From Hyaloraphidium curvatum SAG 235-1 (taxonomy: Eukaryota > Fungi > Monoblepharomycota), in NCBI GenBank assembly GCA_025558095.1, contig JAIVFI010000005.1, positions 310,001 to 374,000 of the forward strand: 64,000 bases of DNA, read 5' to 3'. Both the position numbers and the translations under genes were made by a program. This document shows positions 56,879-64,000 of the stretch, in pieces. Each line of letters opens with the position of its first letter. Position 1 is the stretch's first letter. The notes under the pieces are model-generated. The model did no database searches, had not been told where the DNA came from, and was given only the letters and a program-made list of their open reading frames with translations.

Positions 56879-58624
56879 ATGGCCTCCTCACCGACGAGGC
56901 GGACGGCGAAGCCGCGCGTGCTGATTTCAGACGAGCTCTCGGAGCGCGCCGTGGAAATCTTTGTCGAGCGGGGTATCGAGGTCGACGTCAAGGTCGGCCT
57001 CAAGCCCGACGAGCTCAAGGCCATCATTGGCCTGTACGACGGTCTCGCCATCCGCTCCAACACCAAGGTCACCAAGGATGTGCTCGAGCATGCCACGAAC
57101 CTGAAGATTATTGGGCGGGCTGGCATCGGTGTCGACAACGTCGACATCCCCGCGGCGAGCGCCAAGGGCATCGTCGTCGAGAATACGCCTCTAGGCAACT
57201 CCGTGACCACGGCGGAGCACTCGGTCGCCATGCTCATGGCGCTCGCGCGCCAAATCCCGCAAGCGAACGCTTCGACCCACGCCGGCAAGTGGGAAAAGAG
57301 CAAGTTCATGGGTGTAGAGCTCTACGCCAAGACTCTCGGCGTCGTCGGTTGCGGCAACATCGGCGCCATCGTTGCCAACCGCTGTGGTCAGGGGCTGAAG
57401 ATGAAGGTCGGTTGCTGGGCAGACCCGTGAGCGTTTGGGTTCTGATCCCTCGTCTCCAGGTCATCGCCTTCGACCCCTACCTTTCCGACGAACGAGCGGT
57501 GTCGCTGGGCGTGGAAAAGGTCGAGCTCGACGAGCTCTTCCGGCGGTCCGACTTCATCACCCTCCACGTTCCCGCCACCCCCGAGACCCGCGGCATGATC
57601 AACGCCGAGAACCTGGCAAAGATGAAGCAGGGCGTGCGCATCGTCAACTGTGCCCGCGGCGAGCTCGTCGTCGAGGCCGACCTTCTGGCCGCGCTCGAGT
57701 CTGGCCACGTCGCCGGTGCCGCGATCGACGTCTTTGCCGTCGAGCCGGCCAAGTCCAACATCCTCTTCAACAACGACAAGGTCGTCTGCACGCCCCACCT
57801 CGGCGCGTCCAGTGTGGAAGCGCAGTTCAACGTGGCCTACCAGGTCGCGGAGCAGCTCTCGGACTTCCTGATCGACGGCGCGATTACCAACGCCCTGAAC
57901 TTCCCTTCGGTCTCTGCCGAGGACGCGCCGAGGCTGCGGCCGTACATGAAGCTGTGCGAGCAACTCGGCAGCTTCACCTCGCAAATCATGGACTCGAAGG
58001 ACGGGCTGCAGGGGGTGGAGGTCCTCTTCGAGGGCCACGTCTCGCTGCTCAACACCCGGCCGCTGACCTCGGTCGCCCTTGCCGGCCTCCTCTCGGGCGT
58101 GCTCGAGTCGGTTAACATGGTCAACGCCCCTGTGATCCTGAAGGAGCGCAACATCAAGGTCTCGGAGACCAAGCGCGAGATGGCGACCAACTACCCTACC
58201 CTGGTCCGAGTGTCGGCCACCTTTTCGCACGAGGGTGCCTCGGTCACGCGCTCCGTCGCCGGTACCATCTTCGGCGAGGGCAAGCTGCTCCGGATCGTGG
58301 AGATCGACGGGATTTCGATCGAGGCAGAGGTGTCGAAGCACATGATGTTCGTCCGCAACGGTGGGCAGCGGTTCCTCGGTTAACGCCTTCGCTCTTCTGA
58401 CCTTCGTTCATCCTTCGCCAGAGGACAAGCCTGGTTTCATCGGTCGCTTCGCGGGTGTGCTCGGTGACGCAGGCGTCAACATCGCCACCTTTGCGCTCGG
58501 CCGCGACAAGCCTGGCGGCTCCGCGCTCGCCATCGTCCAGGTGGACGGCGAGGTTCCCGACGAGGTGATCCAGAAGAGCCGGCAGCTGCCCGGCGTCAAG
58601 CAGTCCCGGAGGCTGCGCTTCTGA
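56879..58624 (+). CDS. serA: D-3-phosphoglycerate dehydrogenase, long type with ASB and ACT domains, 3 exons
   Basis: IGRAGIGVDNVD, NTP.GNSVTTAEH, GCGNIG, NCARG, TPHLGAS, ACT domain DKPGFIG...VNIATFALGR. Confidence 0.95.
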
Positions 58625-58789
58625 GGGAGGGAAGACCGGCGCACTGGCCCGGACAGCGGATGCGGGCATGCCGGAAAAGGCTAGACCTTAGAACTGCCAG
58701 AGAATCACATTGGAATGAAGGATACTGAACATGATTGAAAGGAAAGCTGCTCAAGACCGTGGCATTCCCTGGATAAAGCAAAGTGATCC

Positions 58790-61046
58790 TCACGACGCCG
58801 CGGCCGCCGACCTCCTCCTCGCCGCCCTCGAGGCCCCCGCCGGATGGTTGGGCGGCACCCGCTTGGAGGCGAACTGCACCGGCGCGGCCTGCGCCTCGCC
58901 CTTCTCGGCGGCGAAGCACTTGGTGACCTTGCCGACGCACTTGGTGCGGCCCTCGCGGAGCAGTATTCGAGCACCGGGGCGGAGGAACTCGGGGAACTGG
59001 ATGAACCTGTCGGTGCGGCCGTTTGAGCGAAAGCGGTCCGTGCCGCGCGGAATGGAGCGCACCTGAAGCGTATCAACGCCCTGTCGCCCGTCCGCAGCAC
59101 CTGCCTGTCCATCTCGACGATCTTGACCGTCTGCCGTATGCAGCTGGAATGCAGCATGGCCTGGTACTTGTTGGAGATGGTCGTAGAGTGGAACAGCACC
59201 GCGACCTCGGCCTCGAACTCGCGCGTGGCCCTCGGGTCCGCCGACTTGGAGATCATCACCATGCCCTTGCGGATGTCCTTGCGCTTGACGCGCTTGAGCG
59301 CGAACGAGGCCGACTGGCCCGCCGAGGCCGTGGGCACGTTGACCCGCTTGCGCTGGATCGACTTGACCTGCGTGGGGACGAACTGGCCCGTCGAGTCCGG
59401 CCCGAGCATGAGGGTGTCGCCGAGGTGCACGATGCCGGACATGACGGTGCCGCTGACGACCGTGCCCACGCCGGGGACCGAGAAGGTGTCTGGAAGGGCG
59501 GTAAATGAGGCGGGGCAAGGCGTCAGCGACAGGGAGAACAGCTACCGGTGATGTGGAACTCGGCCGGCTTGCTGGCGTCGTACTTGCCCCTCGTGTTGCT
59601 GTGGATCACGTTCATGAAGGCCTTGAGCAGCGGCAGGCCCTCCCCAGTGACGTTGGACACCTGGAATATGGGGCATATCCGCTCCGAGACGAAGTTGCTC
59701 GAGACCAGCAGCACGTCGTCCATCGAGTTGACTGCCATGGGCAGCTTGCGGCACCCCGAGGACTTCAGGATCTTGTGAAGCTGCTTGAGCGTCGACTCGA
59801 GCACGTTCTTGGGGGCCATGTCCGTCTTGGTCACGACGACAAAGACCGGCAGGTTGAGGCACAGCGCGAGGCCCAGGTGCTCGCGCGACATGCCGATCAT
59901 CCCGCTGCGCAACAGTCAGCAAGGGCAGAACCAGCTCGCACAGGACTTTCCCACCTGTTGGCGCCAACCATGAGCATGACAAAGTGCGGGTCCGAGCCCG
60001 ACATGCCAAAGACGGTCGTCTTGAGGTAGCGCTCGTGGCCGGCGAGGTCAATGAAGGATATGACCTTGGACGACACGGCGCAGATCTCCTCCCAGGTCGC
60101 CCGCTGCTTGCCCAGCGCGTGCGGGGTCACGATGGTGCCCTTGCTGTCGAACCCCATGATCTCCAGGCCGACGGAGCTGGTTCGTCCCGTCTCGATCTCG
60201 TGCTTGTGCTTGAAGAGGTTCACGCGGGCCTTGCCGCGGCCGTCGTCCAGCACGTCCTTGGTGAGCACGCCCAAAAGGGTCGACTTGCCGGCGTCGACGT
60301 TGCCGACCACGGCTATTCGGATCTCGAGCACGTCCTCCATGTTGCCCGGCCGCTGGCGAACGAGAAGGTGCGCGCTGCGGCCCTTGGACGCCTGCTGCTT
60401 GCCCGGCGCGGGCGCGGCGGGCTGGCCGTCGGCCTCGGGGAAGCCGCGCTTATGAAGCACGGTCGCGTCGCAGTTGATGGCGTCGGAGGCGGCGTGGACG
60501 TTTCCGAGGATGGTGTCGAACTCGGCCTCGGTGAGGCGCATGGAGCGGCCCTCCTCGTCGGTCCCGATCTCGAGCGTGCACTCGCCCATGCCCTCGGAGA
60601 CGCGCTGCTTGAGCATGTCGACGAGCCGTAACCGCTGCGGACGGCCCGTGGGGGTGAGCAGGCGGCGGTGGAGCAGCACGGGCACGCACGTCGTCCTCCT
60701 TGGGCGACAGCAGCTGGTCCTTGGACAGCACGATCTGCGCCTCGGGCGGCGCGTCGACGGCGAGCCCGGCGAAGGACAGCAGCGCGACGTCGGCCGACTC
60801 GACGCGCGGGTTCGCGGGGGCGACGGCGAGGTCGTCCAGCGCGACCGCCGAGTCGGAGCGCGCCGACTGCGGCGTTATCCGCGCGGAGCTCGGCGACGCG
60901 TCGCGCGACGCCGCCGACGTGGCGGCTGGAGGGGACGCCGACAGCGGCGCGGCGAGCGGCGGCGGCCCCGCAGCGGCGGCGGGGAGCGCGGCCGCGGCGC
61001 CCGCCGCGGAGGGGCCGCCATGCGTGGGCTGCGCTAATCGCGGCAT
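58790..61046 (-). CDS. GTP-binding protein GTPBP1/2-like translational GTPase, multi-exon
   Basis: [42 protein letters not shown]-Tu-like domains II/III. Confidence 0.93.
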
Positions 61047-61181
61047 GGCGTGTGTGTGCACAGTCCCTGCGGCGGCCGGGAAGGGCGAGGCGCGGGCACG
61101 GAGATAGACGGTTGTGGAGGAGCGGGAAGTGACTGATCGGAACATCCATTCGCACCCTCTCTCTCCGATCGCTCCCCCGCG

Positions 61182-61726
61182 ATGGAGGCCGTCGCGGTCG
61201 TCGTCCTCGCCATGCAGGTCGTTGCGGTGAGCATGGTGCCCCGCTGCCGGCGGTCCGTTGCCGCGATTGACGCCTGGCCGCCGTGAAGATGGCCTTTCTC
61301 GCTGCGATGTACTCTCGCACCATGAACACTCGGCGACGAGCTAGGGACCCGATACCGCCGATCTGGACTGTTCCTCTCGCCATATACGATCCGGAGACCG
61401 TGGTCTCGGGCGCCGCGGACCCATGTGTGATTTGCTTCGGTGCGCGACTGCCTCCCACCCCGCCATCCGGCAGGCTTGCTCACGATCTACCGTTTCTCGG
61501 ACTTGCAGACGACTTCGAATCCGGTCAGGAGCTCCGTGTCCTTCCGTGTGCTCACCTGTTCCACCGGACCTGCCTCGACTCGTGGCTCATGGCCCAGCTC
61601 CGGACCCAACGGACGAAAGAGCGTGGCGGCGAGCTGCGCTGCCCGATCTGCAACGGGCCGGCCATGCTGGACGGACCCACCGGGGCACAGAAACCGAGGA
61701 AGGCGGCTGAAACGGCCGTCGTTTGA
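61182..61726 (+). CDS. RING-H2 zinc finger protein (probable E3 ligase)
   Basis: CVICF...DDF..GQELRVLPCAHLFHRTCLDSWL...CPIC. Confidence 0.8.
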
Positions 61727-61804
61727 GGCGCAGACCGCGCTGGATCGTGGCGTGCCGCCCGAAACGCCGCCGCCTGCTAGCCGTCGTTCGAACCCGAGAC
61801 AGTG

Positions 61805-62979
61805 CTACAACTTGGCGCCACCAGAACCGCCGTCGCCTGCTATTCGGACGACCAGCTTGCCGAACTGGGTGCTTTTCTGATGGGCAGAACCCGTGAGCGC
61901 GATTTTCCTGCCTGCACGCGCCGACCCGCTCACCCGCATCTCCTCGAACGCAGCCTCTGCGTTTTCCAGCCCGTCAAACACCCGCGACACCACCGGCCTC
62001 AGCTTGTGGTTCTTGATGAACAAATCCATGTCTTCGTATTCCTTGCGCGAACCAAGCACGGATCCGCGGAGCTGCAGCTCTTTCAGCCATAACCACGGCA
62101 TGGTGACTGTTGTCTCGGCGCCGGCGACAGCTCCGTACACAACAATCTTGGCTCCTTCGCGGCAGAGGCGCATAAACGCCTTGGTGTTCGGGCCGGAGGA
62201 ACCGTCGATCACGGCGTCGAAGCCTCCGCCCTTCGGGAGCTGCCTCTCGAGCTCCTCGACCCACGATGCTGAGTAGAGACAATCAGCACCAGCTGTTCCC
62301 GCTTTGTCTGGCCCCATTCGATCGCACCGTTCCGGTAGTTCACGCCTCCCTTGGCGCCCAGCTCCTTTGCCCTGGCCAGCTTCTCCTCGCTGCCCGACGT
62401 CACCCACACCTCCGCCCCCATCGCGTCCAGGAATTGCATCGCGAAAACCGCCACCCCGCCCCCGATCCCCGGCACCAGCACCCTCTTCCCCTTGGCGTCC
62501 GGCGCGCCGATCTCGGCCAGCACGATCGCGTGCCACGCCGTCAAGCCCGCGAGCGGCACCGCCGACGCCTGCTCGAACGAGAGGTGATCCGGCATGGGAA
62601 ACGGGATGTCCTCGTGCACGCAAATGTACTCTGTCAGCGTCCCGTTCCCGTGCGCGCCGAAACCGTCCACCGTCAGGCCCCAGCGCGGCGCCACGCTGGG
62701 ATTGAAGTAAACGGGTTGGCCGGCTTTGAAACGCGTGCCGCCCTCCACGATCGTGCCCGACGCGTCGGCGCCGAGGATCCAGCCGTCCCGGATGCCGGGG
62801 TACAATCCTTCGCGGATGAACATGTCCCGTCGGTTAAGCGCCGACGCGTGGATCCGCACGAGCACGTGGTTCGGGCGCGGGGAGGGCCGGGGGACGGTGG
62901 TGACGGGGGCGGGGTCCCATCGCGGTTGGCCCTTCGGGACCGCGGAGCGTTGGAGCACGATGGCTTTCATTGCGTTCAT
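61805..62979 (-). CDS. Medium-chain dehydrogenase/reductase (quinone oxidoreductase-like), multi-exon
   Basis: ASALNRRD, GADASG, PLAGLTAW, GIGGGVA, QFGKLV; ends in AKL*, a PTS1-like signal. Confidence 0.88.
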
Positions 62980-63100
62980 CTTCTGCCGGGAAGCCCAGCC
63001 GACAGCAGCCCGTACGTTCCCGGTCAAGTCGAGGAGGGAGGGAGAAGTGTTGAGACGCGGCCTGCTCCCAGAACCCGTTCGTCCAGATCCGATCCCGGGA

Positions 63101-63997
63101 ATGGTGGGCTCGTCTGCGCCTCCGTGCTTCGTCGATCTGATGGAAACTCGCAGTCTGTCACGCTCCATACGACGCTGGGCGACATTTCCATCGAGCTGTT
63201 CTGCGAGGCCGTCCCGAAATCCTGCGAGGCAAGCCCACACCTTCCTCCGCCGCAGACGGGCTGCTGACGCCGAGGGCCCAGAATTTCCTCGCGCTCTGCG
63301 CCTCCAACTACTACGATGGCTGCCAGTTCCACAGGTCCGGGGATTCGCTTCCGTTACGCGGTGTGAACGGACCTTGACGGTGCCGGCACAGGAACATCAA
63401 GGGCTTCATTGTCCAGACGGGCGACCCGACGAATACCGGAAAGGGCGGGACTTCGATATGGGGTCGGAAGTACGAGGACGAGATCAAATCGACGCTGAAG
63501 GTTCGGGGCGCTGCGGGCGCAACGGTTCTCTGTGACGGACCTTGACCGGCTGTTTCGCGCAGCACAACGCTCGGGGAATCGTTTCGATGGCAAGCTCGGG
63601 CCCGGATACGAACGCTAGCCAGTTCTTTATTGTGTGTTGTCACCTCGCTGGCTCGCCACGCTCTGGGCTAACATGTCGTCGATTCAGAGCGTTGGTGATA
63701 GCGTTGTCTCGCGACCGCCGATCAACTAATCCACATCCTCCAATCGACGCTCGTGTTTAGTATGCCAAGCTGCCTCAGCTGGACGGCAAGTACACGGTCT
63801 TTGGCAAGGTGATTGACGGCTTCGACACTCTGGACTCTCTCGAGAAGCTCCCTGTCGACGACAAATACCGCCCTCTTTCTTCCGACGTGCGGATACGGAG
63901 CATCACCATACATGCGAATCCGAGTGGGTGCTGAATCCGCGCGGATTCTCGAGAAACGCCTGACTCCTTGCCCGCAGTTGCCGACCTACAAAGCTGA
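63101..63997 (+). CDS. PPIL3: Cyclophilin-type PPIase, PPIL3/Cyp10-like, multi-exon
   Basis: [71 protein letters not shown]. Confidence 0.93.
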
Positions 63998-64000
63998 CAC

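Noticed and set aside
1-64000. CRISPR array, rRNA or tRNA genes, prokaryotic origin of the contig
   Set aside because: No repeat-spacer array or RNA gene was seen by eye. Pervasive spliceosomal introns and eukaryote-specific genes show a nuclear eukaryotic locus.

Overview
GC-rich, gene-dense eukaryotic DNA with many short (~45-70 nt) spliceosomal introns and CTGAC-type branch points. It is most likely a fungus, given the Cet1-type RNA triphosphatase, a Ytp1-like protein and a Hos2/HDAC3-like deacetylase; an early-diverging, chytrid/monoblepharid-like lineage is an inference. About 35 mostly housekeeping genes are recognisable, including RecQ, eIF3c, Utp13, eRF1, HDAC, JMJD4, 6PGD, DHODH, GTPBP1/2 and PPIL3. 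The standout is an ~8 kb mobile-looking island at ~24.9-32.5 kb with four parts. (i) A ~1,350-aa intron-containing gene fuses an N-terminal XPG/FEN1-type 5' nuclease to a C-terminal Fanzor1/TnpB-like RuvC-zinc-finger module. (ii) A nested stem-loop lies downstream of it, where an omegaRNA would be expected. (iii) A divergent tandem-HTH gene starts 85 bp away. (iv) An intact pogo-like DD35D transposase completes the island. The fusion gene and the HTH gene each carry one frameshift, so this copy may be decaying. Other points of interest: an alphaproteobacterial-type SerA with introns, a bacterial-family glucokinase, a CinA/PncC protein, a Frizzled-CRD 7TM receptor, and JMJD4 next to its known substrate eRF1. 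Exon boundaries were read by eye and family assignments come from motif recognition, not database searches.
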